Origin: Squalus acanthias
Taxonomy: Eukaryota
DNA: 64,000 nucleotides
Assembly: GCA_030390025.1 (NCBI GenBank)
Contig: CM059433.1
Location: forward strand, 7,938,001-8,002,000
Direction: 5' to 3'
Of this stretch, positions 1 to 14,110 are shown in pieces. The notes beneath the pieces were generated by a model, which made no database searches, was not told where the DNA came from, and saw only the letters and a program-made list of their open reading frames with translations. Made by a program: the position numbers and the translations under genes. The number at the start of each line of letters is the position of its first letter. Within the stretch, counting starts at the first letter, position 1.

Positions 1-528
1 CACGCTGCTATTGAGATAGGTGTACTTAGTCAAACAATGCGGAATAAATTGCCTTATTGCTTTGCCTTTTTAATCCCACATAAACCTCTTGTCATTAACA
101 TTCTGTGGTTTTGGTACAAAATGTCCCCAGATTTCTGAGCCTTTTCTGAATGCCATTAAAATACTGTTCACTGAACTCTGTACACCTGTAATTACACCAA
201 ACGTATTAAAGGAAAGGAAAGGCCCTTCAACCCAGAGAGCCACCTCTCCTTCCTTAACAACAATATGCTGCACTACCAGCAGCCATTCGGAAATAAAACA
301 CGTTAAAAATGGTTCTGTGGGGGATTATAAATCAGGTGCTTTTTTTTGGTTCTTGCTGCCAATCAGTGGATCATCTTGTGTTAATGTTGCTGCATCCAGA
401 GAAGGAAATCTCAGTGATTGCACCGTGGAAATCAATTTATGTAACTTGGTGCAAATTACCCTAGCTGTTTGCAAAATGCAAGAGACAGGACAATGGTATT
501 ACACTAAAATTCATTCGTTTTAAATATT

Positions 529-910
529 AACAACAACAACAACTTGTGTTTATATAGCGCCTTTAACGTAGTAAAACGTCCCAAGGTGCTTCACAGGAGT
601 ATTGTAAGACAAAAAAATTTGACACCGAGCCACATAAGGAGAAATTGGGGTAGGTGACCAAAAGCTTGGTCAAAGAGGTAGGTTTTAAGGAGCGTCTTAA
701 AGGAGGAAAGAGAGGTAGCGAGGCGGAGAGGTTTAGGCAGGGAATTCCAGAGCTTAGGGCCCAGGCAACAGAAGGCACGGCCACCAATGGTTGAGCGATT
801 ATAATCAGGGATGCTCAAGAGGGCAGAATTAGAGGAGCGCAGATATCTCGGGGAGGGGGGGCGGGATGTGGGGCTGAAGGCGATTACAGAGATAGGGAGG
901 GGCGAGGCCA
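529..910 (-). mobile_element. L2 LINE 3' fragment
   Basis: Minus ORF has the L2 C-terminal motif GGRAFxxxGPKLWNSLP...SFKTLLKTYLF; ends in a (GTT)n tail. Confidence 0.85.
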
Positions 911-1417
911 CGCTAATTTAAAAAAATATTTAAAAAAAATATTGTTTCAAATCAAGAATGATAATTTGTGAAACTACCGCTGACACGGACCAGCTCTGAA
1001 AGCACATTCCTCTTGGCCCATGCTCGTGAGCTGCCTATACAATTTGGCAGTAAATCTCATCAAAAGCCACCCTAAATAAAGAGGACTGTCATAGATTCCA
1101 AGTTGAGGTCAGATAATAAAGCAGAGCGCAAATGAATGTGTGGCACGGCCGCCAGATCAGTGTAGCCACTGGAGTGGCACCATCTGCCCAAAACTAGCAG
1201 AAGCAGCTGGCAGAGCTTGACTCTGGCACTGGTGCAATCAAATTCCTCCTTTAGGTCATAACAGGAGTCTGGTGCTGCACTTAAGCCTACACCTCCTGAT
1301 AACTTGGTTATCCATCTGGTCCGGGAAGATTGCTTTGGCATGGAACATCTTTGAGGCAAGGAGGAGAGGGGGGAAGGACTTTGATATCATTTTCGACTAA
1401 TAAGCAGCTCCATTTTT

Positions 1418-3450
1418 TTGAACCACTCCAATCGGGTTTCTGCCCCTGAAACGGCCTGTATTAAAGTCACAAACGACATTCTACGTGACGGTGACCATGG
1501 AAAGCGATCCCTCCTCGTCCTTCTCGACCTGACTGCAGTATCTGACACGGTTGACCACGCCATCCTGGTTCAACGCCTCTTCCCTGTCATCCAGCTGGGT
1601 GGGACTGCCCTCGCCTGGTTCCATTCTTATCTATCTAGTCGTAGTCAGAGAACCACCTGCAATGGCTTCTCTTCGCGCTCCTGCACCGTTACCTCTGGGG
1701 TCCCCCAAGGATCTATCCTCGGCCCCCTCCTATTTCTCATCTACATGTTGCCCCTTGGCGACATCATCCGAAAACACAGCGTCAGTTTCCACATGTACTC
1801 TGACGACACCCTGATGTATCTCACTACTACCTCTCTCGAACCCTACACTGCCTCTGATTTGTCACGCTGCTTATCCGACATCCAGTACTGGATGAGCAAA
1901 GATTTGCTCCAACTAAATATTATGAAGACCAAAGCCATTGTCTTCAGTCCCTGCCACAAACTCCGTTCCCTAGCCACTGAATCCATCTCTCTCCCTGGCC
2001 ACTGTCTGAGGCTAAAGCTTAGAAGCATAGAAGATAGGAGCAGGAGTAGGCCATTTGGCCCCTCGAGCCTGCTCCGCTATTTAATGAGATCATGGCTGAT
2101 CATCCAAATTCAGTACCCTGTCCCTGCTTTCTCCCCATATCCCTTTAGCCTTAAGAAATATATCTATCTCCTTCTTGAATATATTTAATGACTTGGCCTC
2201 AACTGCCTTCTGTGGTAGAGAATTCCACAGGTTCACCACTCTCTGGGTGAAGAAATTCCTCCTCATCTCAGTCCTAAATGGCTTACCCCTTATCCTTAGA
2301 CTGTGACCTCTGGTTCTGGACTCCCCCGCCATCGGGAACATCCTTCCTGCATCTAGTCTGTCTAGTCCTGTTAGAATTTTATAAGTTTCAATGAGATCCC
2401 CTCTCATTCTTCTAAACTCTAGTGAATATAAGCCTAATCGACCCAATCTCTCTTCATACATCATTCCTGCCATCCCAGGTATTAGTCTGGTGAATCTTCG
2501 CTGCACTTCCTCCATGGCAAGAACATCCTTCCTCAGATAAGGCGACCAAAACTGCACACAGTACTCAAGGTGTGGTCTCACCAAGGCCTTGTACAACTCC
2601 AGCAAGACATCCTTGCTCCTGTACTCGAATCCTCTCGCTATGAAGGCCAACATACCATTTGCCTTCTTAACCGCCTGCTGTACCTGCATGCTTACCTTCA
2701 GCGACTGGTGCACAAGGACCCCCAGATCTCGTTGCACTTCCCCTTTTCCCAATCTAGATTGTTCGCAACCTTGGCGTCGTATTTGACCCTGAAATGAGCT
2801 TCCGACTACATATCCTCTCCATCATCAAGACCGCCTACTTCCACCTATGTAACATCGCCCGTCTCCACTCCTGCCTCAGCTCATCTGCTGCTGAAACATT
2901 CATCCATGCCTTTGTTACCTCTAGACTCGACTATTCCAATGCTCTCCTGGTCGGGCTCCCATCTTCCACCCTCCGTAAACTTGAGCTCATCCAAAACTTG
3001 GCTGCCCGTGTCCTAACTTGCACCAAGTCCCGTTCATCCATCACCCCTGTGCTCGCTGACCTACATTGGCTCCCGGTTGAGCAACGCCTCGATTTTAAAA
3101 TTATCATCCGTGTTTTCAAATCCCTCCATGGCCTCGCCCCTCCCTATCTCTGTAACCTCCTCCAGCCCCACAACCCTCCGAGATCTATGCACTCCTCCAA
3201 TTCAGGCCTCCTGCGCATCCCCGATTTTCATCACTCGACCATATTGGTGGCCGTGCCTTCACCTGACAAGGCCCTAAGCTCTGGAATTCCCTCCCTAAAC
3301 CTCTCCGCCTCGCTACCTCTCTCGCTCCTCGTTTAAGATGCTCCTTAAAACCTACCTCTTTGGCCAAGCTTTTGGTCACCCATCCCAATATCTCCTTATG
3401 TAGCTCGGTGTCAAATTTTGTTTTGCTGTGAAGTTGTTGTTGTTGTTGTT
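1418..3450 (+). mobile_element. L2 LINE (RT to 3' end), interrupted by a CR1 at ~2020-2756
   Basis: RT motifs LLDLTAxxDTVDH, GVPQGSILGP, MYSDDT; resumes with AFVTSRLDYSN, LHWLP; (GTT)n tail. Confidence 0.9.
2020..2756 (-). mobile_element. CR1 LINE 3' fragment
   Basis: ORF 2090-2752: [48 protein letters not shown]1 3'UTR. Confidence 0.92.
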
Positions 3451-3822
3451 AACCAATCTAATAAGAACTAGGGTGCATTGCCACGTGGGCGAATCCCGTG
3501 CTGTTAGCAAGTCAACAACTGGGTAGCTCCAGTAACCTGATTCTTCACAAGCTGTCGCTTTACAGATCAATAACATTAATTGAACAACATGGATTTTCAG
3601 GATATTTGGTGGTTAACTGTAGAATTATTACACATCAGAAACTGCTTTTTCACATGGTATTTTCAGAAAATTTCTTTTGTTATGAGGTTTCCGTCCTTGA
3701 CAAGGCCATCTCTGATTAAGTCCGCATTTTTCTCAATATCCGCCACTCCCTTTTCACCTCCAACCCCTCTACCATCACCCTCAGTCTTGGAATAAAACTA
3801 CTATTAATTCCCTCTCTAGTTA

Positions 3823-4280
3823 AGAAAAAAAGACTTGCATTTCTATAGCGCCTTTCACGACCACCAGACGCCTTTACAGCCAATGAAGTACTTTTTGAAG
3901 TGTGGTCACTGTTGTAATGTGGGAAACGCGGCAGCCAATTTGCGCACAGCAAGCTCCCACAAACAGCAATGTGATAATGACCAAATAATCTGTTTTTGTT
4001 ATGTTGGTTGAGGGATAAATATTGGCCCAGGACACCGGGGATAACTCCCCTTCTTCGAAATAGTGGCCATAGGATCTTTTACGTCCACCTGAGAGGGCAA
4101 ACGGGGCCTCGGTTTAACATCTCATCCGAAAGACGGTACCTCCGACAGTGCAGCACTCCCTCAGCACTGCACTGGGAGTGTCAGCCTAGCTTTATGTGCT
4201 CGAGTCCCTGGAGTGGGACTTGAACCCACAACCTTCTGACTCAGAGGCGAGTGTGCTACCCACTGAGCCACAGCTGACAC
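3823..4280 (-). mobile_element. tRNA-derived Deu-domain SINE (SacSINE1-like) with L2-like tail
   Basis: Minus strand: A box tggctcagtgg, B box ggttcaagtcc, core gagggagtgctgcactgtcggagg..., tail gaaaggcgctatagaaatgcaagtc. Confidence 0.85.
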
Positions 4281-4484
4281 AGTTCTCAACTTCCTCTAAC
4301 TCTGGCTTTCCACCTCCACGGTTCTTGCTGCTGCCATTGACCTGCTCTTCCCTCTGTCTTTAGTGCCTTCAAGTTCATCTGTGCCTGAGTCGCCCCCCAC
4401 CACCGCCCCCCCCCCCCCCCCCCCACACCCCGTACAATTATCACCTCGGACACGGGGAGATCTGCTGGTAATATAACAGAAATC

Positions 4485-4666
4485 GGCCTGGAAATTCCAC
4501 AGGGGTTTTTCCAGCTCCTGCCATAACTCCAGCAGGAGATTGGCGGAAATCCCGGAGCAACGAGTCATTGTTGGCCGTTCACTCCGCCCCTCGGGGGGGG
4601 CTTCGGCTGATCTCCCGCTGCGGTCATGGCAGGAGATTGGGAGAGACCCCACGGAATTTCAGGACC
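4485..4666. mobile_element. Hairpin MITE (PIF/Harbinger-like)
   Basis: Terminal inverted repeats ggcctggaaattcc / ggaatttcaggacc with internal imperfect palindrome. Confidence 0.55.
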
Positions 4667-5217
4667 ATGCTTCTTAAAATATTTCCCTTAAGTTGCCTGA
4701 AACTTTTCACCATTGAAACATACAACAAGTAGCCGCTGACAAAAGGGCATTTCTTCACAGTATCCCAATCTCCTAAGCTGCGAAAGCTGATAAGAGGGCC
4801 ACTTATAACCCCACATGAATACCTTCTTTTCCGACCACATTCCAGTGTCAGAGGGTCAGCAACAGACCTGCTGTATCGCCCATTCAGCCTGTCAATGCCA
4901 ATTGACATATAATGGGTTAAAAAGGAAGCTGTAATCCAATAGTTCAGCGGGCTGCCAATTAACCCACAGGTCACAGCTTGGTTTTGTAATGTAAGCGTTG
5001 ATAAGAATTTTAATTCGAGGATGACGAATTAAATGGGTTGCTGGAATAGAACATGTATCAGCTGTACTTTTACCTATTAATCAATGACAAATTATTTCCC
5101 ACTGGTTACGTTAGAAGAGTGTCTGCTTCAGTGGGAGCGTTGCCACAGCGAGATGACGAGGATCACATTGGGCTGCCTACGTCTGCACTGAGAGCCACTG
5201 TTTGCAAGGGAGCTTTC

Positions 5218-5739
5218 AACAACAGCAGCAACAACTTGTGTTTATATAGCGCCTTTAACGTAGTAAAACCTCCCAAGGCGCTGCACGCACATTTTAAGAC
5301 AAAAAATTTGACACCGATCCACATAAGGATAAATTAGGGCAGGTGACCAAAAGCTTGGTGAAAGAGGTAGGTTTTAAGGAGCGTCTTAAAAGAGGAAAGA
5401 GAGATAGAGAGGCGGAGAGGTTTAGGCAAGGAATTCCAGAGCTTAGGGCCTAGGCAACAGAAGGCACGGCCACCGATGGTTGAGCGATTATAATCAGTGA
5501 TGCTGAAGAGGGCAGAATTAGAGGAGCGCAGATATCTCGGGAGGGTTGTGGGGCTGAAGGAGATTAGAGATAGGGAGGGGCGAAGCCATGGAGGGATTTG
5601 AAAACAAGGATGAGAATTTTGAAATCGAGGCGCTGCTTAACCGGGAGCCAGTGTAGGTCAGTGAGCACAGGGGAGATGGGCGAACGGGACTTGATGCGAG
5701 TTAGGACACGGGCAGCCGAGTTTTGGATGACCTCAAGTT
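5218..5739 (-). mobile_element. L2 LINE 3' fragment
   Basis: Same family as 529-910; IQNSAARVLTR, LHWLPVKQRLDFKIL. Confidence 0.85.
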
Positions 5740-6794
5740 CCCCAGGGTTTGTGCACTGGATTGCCTGGGACAGCCTGTATTGGAATCTTTGGCAGGTCGG
5801 AGTGCACACCTGTAGAGGAAACTGCCCGATTTTCATCCATTAATTTAAATTTATGAATTTATATTCCTGTTACGGGGCTCCGTCTGGAGGGCAATAGTTG
5901 GAAATTCATGGGGGGAGTGCACACCCAAATGCCTGGCAGGCAAGGCTCTGCACTGCGGGTGCAATATTGTAATATACCCCATCCCACCGTAACCCCTTAG
6001 TTAGATTGATGTGTTGTGATCTCTCGCCATTATCTCTTATTCTCTATTTAATGGTGAGTTGCTGTGTGACAAGACCAGAAAATAATTACGGATGGGGAAG
6101 GTCATTCAGCCTTTCTTAGATCGTCCACAGTTCCCGCATCACAGCTTCCAATTGTTTCTCAATGACTCCAGCGATTGTTGTTTTTTTTGGTTGATCTTTG
6201 CGTGAAGATCAGTTCGAAATGTTCATTCCACTGGTTTGATCCTGTATTCTCACAGTTTAATTTGAAGTGACAGGGGGCGATCCCATGAACCAGTGCTCCC
6301 AGTGGGGGAGCAGTGCTCACGTGGAAGCGCGTCTCAGGAACTCACCGGCTCGCAGCCCGTGATTTCCCATCCATGAACATTAATATCACGGGCCGCGAGC
6401 CGGTGATTTCGCATGGTGTGCTAGCTGTGGGCGCCGCTTCCCTCTGGGAGTGCCCGATGGCAAAACATCTCGAATGTTCCAGATTTACCTTTGACATATC
6501 GCTTACCATGTTACGTACCTCTGTGAGGTCCCTTCTCAGTGGGCTCGACGGGCCGAATGGCCTCCTTCTGTGCTGTAACCATTCTATGATTCTATAAGGT
6601 TGAAACGCCCACGTCTCTTCAGTCATTTCATCATGCCTGCGTCGTCTGACACTAGGGATCAGCCTTTGTAGCTCTTCCGTGTGAGCCGCATGGCTTGTCC
6701 ATCTCCCGTGTGTCTTGCTGACCAGAGCTGAGCTCTACTGTTTTGTGTGCATAGCTCAACATTGTATTTGGTGAAGGTCTTCTGTTTAAAAAAA

Positions 6795-7258
6795 AAAGAA
6801 AGACTTGCATTTATATAGCGCCTTTCATGACCACCAGACATCTCAAAGCGCTTTTACAGCCAATGAAGTACTTTTTGAAGTGGAGTTACTGTTGTAATGT
6901 GGGAAACACAGCAGCCAATCTGCACACAGCAAGCTCCCACAAACAACAATGTGATAATGACCCAGATAATCTGTTTTTGTTATGTTGGTTGAGGGATAAA
7001 TATTGACCCAGGGATAACTCCCCTGCTCTTCTTCGAAATAGTGCCCATGAGATTTTTTACATCCACCTGAGAGAGCAGACGGGATCTTGGTTTAACGTCT
7101 CATCTGAAAGACGGCACCTCCAACAGTGCAGCACTCCCTCAGCACTGCACTGGTAGTGTCAGCCTAGCTTTATGTGCTCAATTCCCTGGAGTGGGACTTG
7201 AACCCACAATCCTTCTGACTCAGAAGTGAGTGTGCTGCCCACTGAGCCACAGCTGACA
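6795..7258 (-). mobile_element. Deu-domain SINE (SacSINE1-like)
   Basis: Full-length match to 3823-4280. Confidence 0.85.
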
Positions 7259-7457
7259 TTGTTACATGATTACTGTTCACCCAGTACCCTACCTTTGGGA
7301 GTAAGTGCTATGGCATAATTGTCCTCATGTTATTCCCAAAAGTGCTGAAGTACATTGGCAGAGCCAACCTGGCTCTGGCTTCAGTGGCCTCTGCAGGGCC
7401 ACCACCAGGGGTGGGCTTACATTCTTTTCTTTCTACGCACTGGCTGCATTTATTCCC

Positions 7458-9415
7458 ATATGCTTTCTTAACCGCTTTCTCAACCTGCCCTGCCACCTTC
7501 AACAATTTGTGCACATATACCCCCAGGTCTCTCTGTTCCTGCACACCCTTTAGAATTGTACCCTTTAGTTTATATTGCCTCTCCTCGTTCTTCCTACCAA
7601 AATGTATCACTTCGCACTTTTCTGCATTAAACTTCATCTGCCACGTGTCCGCCCATTCCACCAGCATGTCTGTGTCCTCTTGAAGTCTATCCCTATCCTC
7701 AGTGTTCACTATACTTCCAAGTTTTGTGCCATCCGCAAATTTTGAGATAATGCCCTGTACACCCAAGTCCAAATCATTAATATATATCAAGAAAAGCAGT
7801 GGTCCTAGTACCGACCCTTGGGGAACACCACTGTATACCTTTCTCCAGTCCGAAAAACAACCATTCACCACTTCTCTCTGTTTCCTGTCACTTGGCCAAT
7901 TTCGTATCCTTGCTACCACTGTCCCTTTTATTCCATGGGCTTCAACTTTGCTGGCAAGTCTATTATGTGGCACTTTATCAAATGCTTTTTGGAAATCCAA
8001 GTACACTACGTCAACCGCATTGCCCTCATCAACCCTCTCTGTTACCTCATCAAAAAATTCAATCAAGTTAGTTAAACACGTTTTGCCTTTAACAAATCCA
8101 TGCTGGCTTCCCTTAATTAATCCACACTTGTCCAAGTGACTGTTAATTTTGTCCCGGATTATCATTTCTAAAAGCTTCCCCACTACCGAGGTTAAACTGA
8201 CTGGCCTGTAGTTGCTGGGTTTATCCTTACACCCTTTTTTGAACAAGGGTTTAACATTTGCAATTCTCCAGTCCTCTGGCACCACCCCCGTATCCAAGGA
8301 GGATTGGAAGATTATGGCCAGTGTCTCTGCAATTTCCACCTTTATATCTCTCAGCATCCTAGGATGCATCCCATCCGGTCCTGATGACTTATCTACTTTA
8401 AGTACAGCCAGTCTTTCTAGTACCTCCTCTTTATCAATTTTTATCCCATCCAATATCTCAACTACTTCTTCTTTCACTATGACTTTGGCAGCATCTTCTT
8501 CCTTGGTAAAGACAGATGCAAAGTACTCATTTTATACCTCAACCATGCCCTCTGCCTCCATGCGTAGGTCTCCTTTTTAGTCCCTAATTGGCCCCACCCC
8601 TCCTCTTACTACACGCTTACTATTTATATGCCTATAGAAGTCTTTTGGATTACCTTTTATATTAGCTGCCAGTCTATTCTCATGCTCCCTCTTTGCCCCT
8701 CTTATTTCCTTTTTCACTTCCCCTCTGAACTTTCAGTAATCAGTCTGGTTCTCACTTGTATTCTCAACCTGACATCTGTCATATGCCCCTTTTTTCTGCT
8801 TTATCTTACTCTCTATCTCTTTCATCATCCAGGGAGCTCTGGCTTTGGTTGCCCTACCTTTCCCCCTCGTGGGAATGTACCCAGACTGTACCCGAACCAT
8901 CTCCTCTTTAAAGGCAGCCCATTGTTCAATTACACTTTTGCCTGCCAGTCTTTGATGCCAATTTACCCGTGCCAGGTCCGTTCTCAACCCAATGAAATTG
9001 TCCCTCCTCCAATTAAGTAATTTGTCTCTAGATTGCTCTTTGTCCTTTTCCATAGCTGATCTAAACCTTGTGATACTATGATCACTGTTCCCTAAATGTT
9101 CCCCAACTGAAACTTGATCCACCTGACCCACCTCATTCCCCAGAACCAGATCCAGCAATACCTCCTTCCTCATTGGGCCAGAAACATACTGATCAAGAAA
9201 GTTCTCCTGAACACACCTCAGACATTCTTACCCCTCTCTGCCCTTTACGCTATTACTATACCAGTCTATATTAGGATAATTGAAATCTCCCATTATCACT
9301 ACTCTATAGTTCTTGCACCTCTCTGTAATTTCCCTGCAAATTTTCTCCTCCATATTTTTCCCACTAGTTGGTGGCCTATAGAATACACCTAGTAGTGTAC
9401 TGGCACTTCTATTGC
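7458..9415 (-). mobile_element. CR1 LINE ORF2 fragment (endonuclease to RT), decayed
   Basis: YRPP/MGDFN/SDH endonuclease motifs; RT NYRPVSLTS, LDFQKAFDKV, GVPQGSVLGP, FADG. Confidence 0.92.
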
Positions 9416-9419
9416 TTCT

Positions 9420-10192
9420 CATTCAATGAGATCGTGGCTGATCTTCTGCCTCAACTCCATTCACCGGCCCTATCGCCATATCCCTTGATGCCCTTACTAG
9501 TCAGAAATCTATCGACTTTTGTTTTGAATATACCCAATGACTGAGCCTCCACAGCCCTCTGGGGTAGAGAATTCCAAAGATTCACCACCCTCTGTGTGAA
9601 GAAATTTCTTCTCATCTCAGTCCTGAATGGCCTACCCTTTATCTTGAGGCTGTGGCCCCTGGTTCTTGACTCCCCAGCCAAGGGAACCATTCTCCCAGCA
9701 TCCATCCTATCAAGCCCTGTAATAATTTTGTATGTTTCAATGAGATCCCCGCTCATTCTTCTGAATTCAAGAGAATACAGGCCTAGTTTACTCAATCTCT
9801 TCTCATACGACAGTCCCGCCATTCCAGGAATCAATCTCGTGAACCTTCGTTGCACTCCCTCTATGGCAAGTATATCCTTCCTGAGGTAAGGAGACCAAAA
9901 TTGTACACAGTACTCCTGGTGTGGTCTCACCAAGGCCCTATATAATTGGAGTAAGACTTCTTTACTCCTGTACTCAAATCCTCTTGTAATGAAGGCCAGC
10001 ATACCATTTGCCTTCCTAATGGCTTGCTGCACCTGCACATTCACTTTCAGTGACTCATGCACAAGGACACCCAGGTCCTTTTGAGCATCTGCATTCCCCA
10101 ATCTTTCACCATTTAGGAAATACTCTGCCTTTCTGTTTTTTCTACCAAAGTGGATAACTTCACATTTATCCACATTATATTCCATCTGCCAT
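9420..10192 (-). mobile_element. CR1 3' fragment truncated by the duplication junction
   Basis: ORF 9451-10185 is identical to the C-terminal part of ORF 14146-15339. Confidence 0.9.
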
Positions 10193-11493
10193 AATAGTGA
10201 TGCTGAAGAGGGCAGAATTAGAGGAGCGCAGATATCTCGGGAGGGTTGTGGGGCTGAAGGAGATTAGAGATAGGGAGGGGCGAAGCCATGGAGGGATTTG
10301 AAAACAAGGATGAGAATTTTGAAATCGAGGCGCTGCTTAACCGGGAGCCAGTGTAGGTCAGTGAGCACAGGGGAGATGGGCGAACGGGACTTGATGCGAG
10401 TTAGGACACGGGCAGCCGAGTTTTGGATGACCTCAAGTTCCCTAGGGTTTGTGCACTGGATTGCCTGGGACAGCCTGTATTGGAATCTTTGGCAGGTCGG
10501 AGTGCACACCTGTAGAGGAAACTGCCCGATTTTCATCCATTAATTTAAATTTATGAATTTATATTCCTGTTACGGGGCTCCGTCTGGAGGGCAATAGTTG
10601 GAAATTCATGGGGGGAGTGCACACCCAAATGCCTGGCAGGCAAGGCTCTGCACTGCGGGTGCAATATTGTAATATACCCCATCCCACCGTAACCCCTTAG
10701 TTAGATTGATGTGTTGTGATCTCTCGCCATATCTCTTATTCTCTATTTAATGGTGAGTTGCTGTGTGACAAGACCAGAAAATAATTACGGATGGGGAAGG
10801 TCATTCAGCCTTTCTTAGATCGTCCACAGTTCCCGCATCACAGCTTCCAATTGTTTCTCAATGACTCCAGCGATTGTTGTTTTTTTTGGTTGATCTTTGC
10901 GTGAAGATCAGTTCGAAATGTTCATTCCACTGGTTTGATCCTGTATTCTCACAGTTTAATTTGAAGTGACAGGGGGCGATCCCATGAACCAGTGCTCCCA
11001 GTGGGGGAGCAGTGCTCACGTGGAAGCGCGTCTCAGGAACTCACCGGCTCGCAGCCCGTGATTTCCCATCCATGAACATTAATATCACGGGCCGCGAGCC
11101 GGTGATTTCGCATGGTGTGCTAGCTGTGGGCGCCGCTTCCCTCTGGGAGTGCCCGATGGCAAAACATCTCGAATGTTCCAGATTTACCTTTGACGTATCG
11201 CTTACCATGTTACGTACCTCTGTGAGGTCCCTTCTCAGTGGGCTCGACGGGCCGAATGGCCTCCTTCTGTGCTGTAACCATTCTATGATTCTATAAGGTT
11301 GAAACGCCCACGTCTCTTCAGTCATTTCATCATGCCTGCGTCGTCTGACACTAGGGATCAGCCTTTGTAGCTCTTCCGTGTGAGCCGCATGGCTTGTCCA
11401 TCTCCCGTGTGTCTTGCTGACCAGAGCTGAGCTCTACTGTTTTGTGTGCATAGCTCAACATTGTATTTGGTGAAGGTCTTCTGTTTAAAAAAA

Positions 11494-11954
11494 AAAGAAA
11501 GACTTGCATTTATATAGCGCCTTTCACGACCACCAGACATCTCAAAGCGCTTTACAGCCAATGAAGTACTTTTTGAAGTGGAGTTACTGTTGTAATGTGG
11601 GAAACACAGCAGCCAATCTGCACACAGCAAGCTCCCACAAACAACAATGTGATAATGACCAGATAATCTGTTTTTGTTATGTTGGTTGAGGGATAAATAT
11701 TGACCCAAGGATAACTCCCCTGCTCTTCTTCGAAATAATGCCCATGAGATTTTTTACATCCACCTGAGAGAGCAGACGGGATCTTGGTTTAACGTCTCAT
11801 CTGAAAGACAGCACCTCCAACAGTGTAGCACTCCCTCAGCACTGCACTGGGAGTGTCAGCCTAGCTTTATGTGCTCAATTCCCTGGAGTGGGACTTGAAC
11901 CCACAACCTTCTGACTCAGAAGTGAGTGTGCTGCCCACTGAGTCACAGCTGACA
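11494..11954 (-). mobile_element. Deu-domain SINE (duplicate copy)
   Basis: Paralogue of 6795-7258. Confidence 0.85.
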
Positions 11955-12153
11955 TTGTTACATGATTACTGTTCACCCAGTACCCTACCTTTGGGAGTAA
12001 GTGCTATGGCATAATTGTCCTCATGTTATTCCCAAAAGTGCTGAAGTACATTGGCAGAGCCAACCTGGCTCTGGCTTCAGTGGCCTCTGCAGGGCCACCA
12101 CCAGGGGTGGGCTTACATTCTTTTCTTTCTACGCACTGGCTGCATTTATTCCC

Positions 12154-14110
12154 ATATGCTTTCTTAACCGCTTTCTCAACCTGCCCTGCCACCTTCAACA
12201 ATTTGTGCACATATACCCCCAGGTCTCTCTGTTCCTGCACACCCTTTAGAATTGTACCCTTTAGTTTATATTGCCTCTCCTCGTTCTTCCTACCAAAATG
12301 TATCACTTCGCACTTTTCTGCATTAAACTTCATCTGCCACGTGTCCGCCCATTCCACCAGCATGTCTGTGTCCTCTTGAAGTCTATCCCTATCCTCAGTG
12401 TTCACTATACTTCCAAGTTTTGTGCCATCCGCAAATTTTGAGATAATGCCCTGTACACCCAAGTCCAAATCATTAATATATATCAAGAAAAGCAGTGGTC
12501 CTAGTACCGACCCTTGGGGAACACCACTGTATACCTTCTCCAGTCCGAAAAACAACCATTCACCACTTCTCTCTGTTTCCTGTCACTTGGCCAATTTCGT
12601 ATCCTTGCTACCACTGTCCCTTTTATTCCATGGGCTTCAACTTTGCTGGCAAGTCTATTATGTGGCACTTTATCAAATGCTTTTTGGAAATCCAAGTACA
12701 CTACGTCAACCGCATTGCCCTCATCAACCCTCTCTGTTACCTCATCAAAAAATTCAATCAAGTTAGTTAAACACGTTTTGCCTTTAACAAATCCATGCTG
12801 GCTTCCCTTAATTAATCCACACTTGTCCAAGTGACTGTTAATTTTGTCCCGGATTATCATTTCTAAAAGCTTCCCCACTACCGAGGTTAAACTGACTGGC
12901 CTGTAGTTGCTGGGTTTATCCTTACACCCTTTTTTGAACAAGGGTTTAACATTTGCAATTCTCCAGTCCTCTGGCACCACCCCCGTATCCAAGGAGGATT
13001 GGAAGATTATGGCCAGTGTCTCTGCAATTTCCACCTTTATATCTCTCAGCATCCTAGGATGCATCCCATCCGGTCCTGATGACTTATCTACTTTAAGTAC
13101 AGCCAGTCTTTCTAGTACCTCCTCTTTATCAATTTTTATCCCATCCAATATCTCAACTACTTCTTCTTTCACTATGACTTTGGCAGCATCTTCTTCCTTG
13201 GTAAAGACAGATGCAAAGTACTCATTTTATACCTCAACCATGCCCTCTGCCTCCATGCGTAGGTCTCCTTTTTAGTCCCTAATTGGCCCCACCCCTCCTC
13301 TTACTACACGCTTACTATTTATATGCCTATAGAAGTCTTTTGGATTACCTTTTATATTAGCTGCCAGTCTATTCTCATGCTCCCTCTTTGCCCCTCTTAT
13401 TTCCTTTTTCACTTCCCCTCTGAACTTTCAGTAATCAGTCTGGTTCTCACTTGTATTCTCAACCTGACATCTGTCATATGCCCCTTTTTTCTGCTTTATC
13501 TTACTCTCTATCTCTTTCATCATCCAGGGAGCTCTGGCTTTGGTTGCCCTACCTTTCCCCCTCGTGGGAATGTACCCAGACTGTACCCGAACCATCTCCT
13601 CTTTAAAGGCAGCCCATTGTTCAATTACACTTTTGCCTGCCAGTCTTTGATGCCAATTTACCCGTGCCAGGTCCGTTCTCAACCCAATGAAATTGTCCCT
13701 CCTCCAATTAAGTAATTTGTCTCTAGATTGCTCTTTGTCCTTTTCCATAGCTGATCTAAACCTTGTGATACTATGATCACTGTTCCCTAAATGTTCCCCA
13801 ACTGAAACTTGATCCACCTGACCCACCTCATTCCCCAGAACCAGATCCAGCAATACCTCCTTCCTCATTGGGCCAGAAACATACTGATCAAGAAAGTTCT
13901 CCTGAACACACCTCAGACATTCTTACCCCTCTCTGCCCTTTACGCTATTACTATACCAGTCTATATTAGGATAATTGAAATCTCCCATTATCACTACTCT
14001 ATAGTTCTTGCACCTCTCTGTAATTTCCCTGCAAATTTTCTCCTCCATATTTTTCCCACTAGTTGGTGGCCTATAGAATACACCTAGTAGTGTACTGGCA
14101 CTTCTATTGC
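12154..14110 (-). mobile_element. CR1 ORF2 fragment (duplicate copy)
   Basis: Paralogue of 7458-9415 with an extra 1-nt frameshift near 12535. Confidence 0.92.

Larger units (their letters stand above)
5490..10190. repeat. Tandem duplication unit 1 (~4.70 kb)
   Basis: Sequence and ORF track recur at offsets 4700 to 4695. Confidence 0.95.

Noticed and set aside
4200..4280. tRNA genes at SINE heads (also ~7190, 34530, 46885, 55480, 44830)
   Set aside because: A/B boxes are followed by SINE core and tail; no complete cloverleaf
4823..4888. Possible 66-bp minus-strand exon (LNGRYSRSVADPLTLECGRKR)
   Set aside because: AG/GT present but weak polypyrimidine tract and donor; no recognisable homology
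7308..8477. 389-aa RT ORF with a novel C-terminus as a domesticated gene
   Set aside because: Catalytic FADD is mutated to FADG, the tail is read-through into flank, and the duplicate copy is frameshifted
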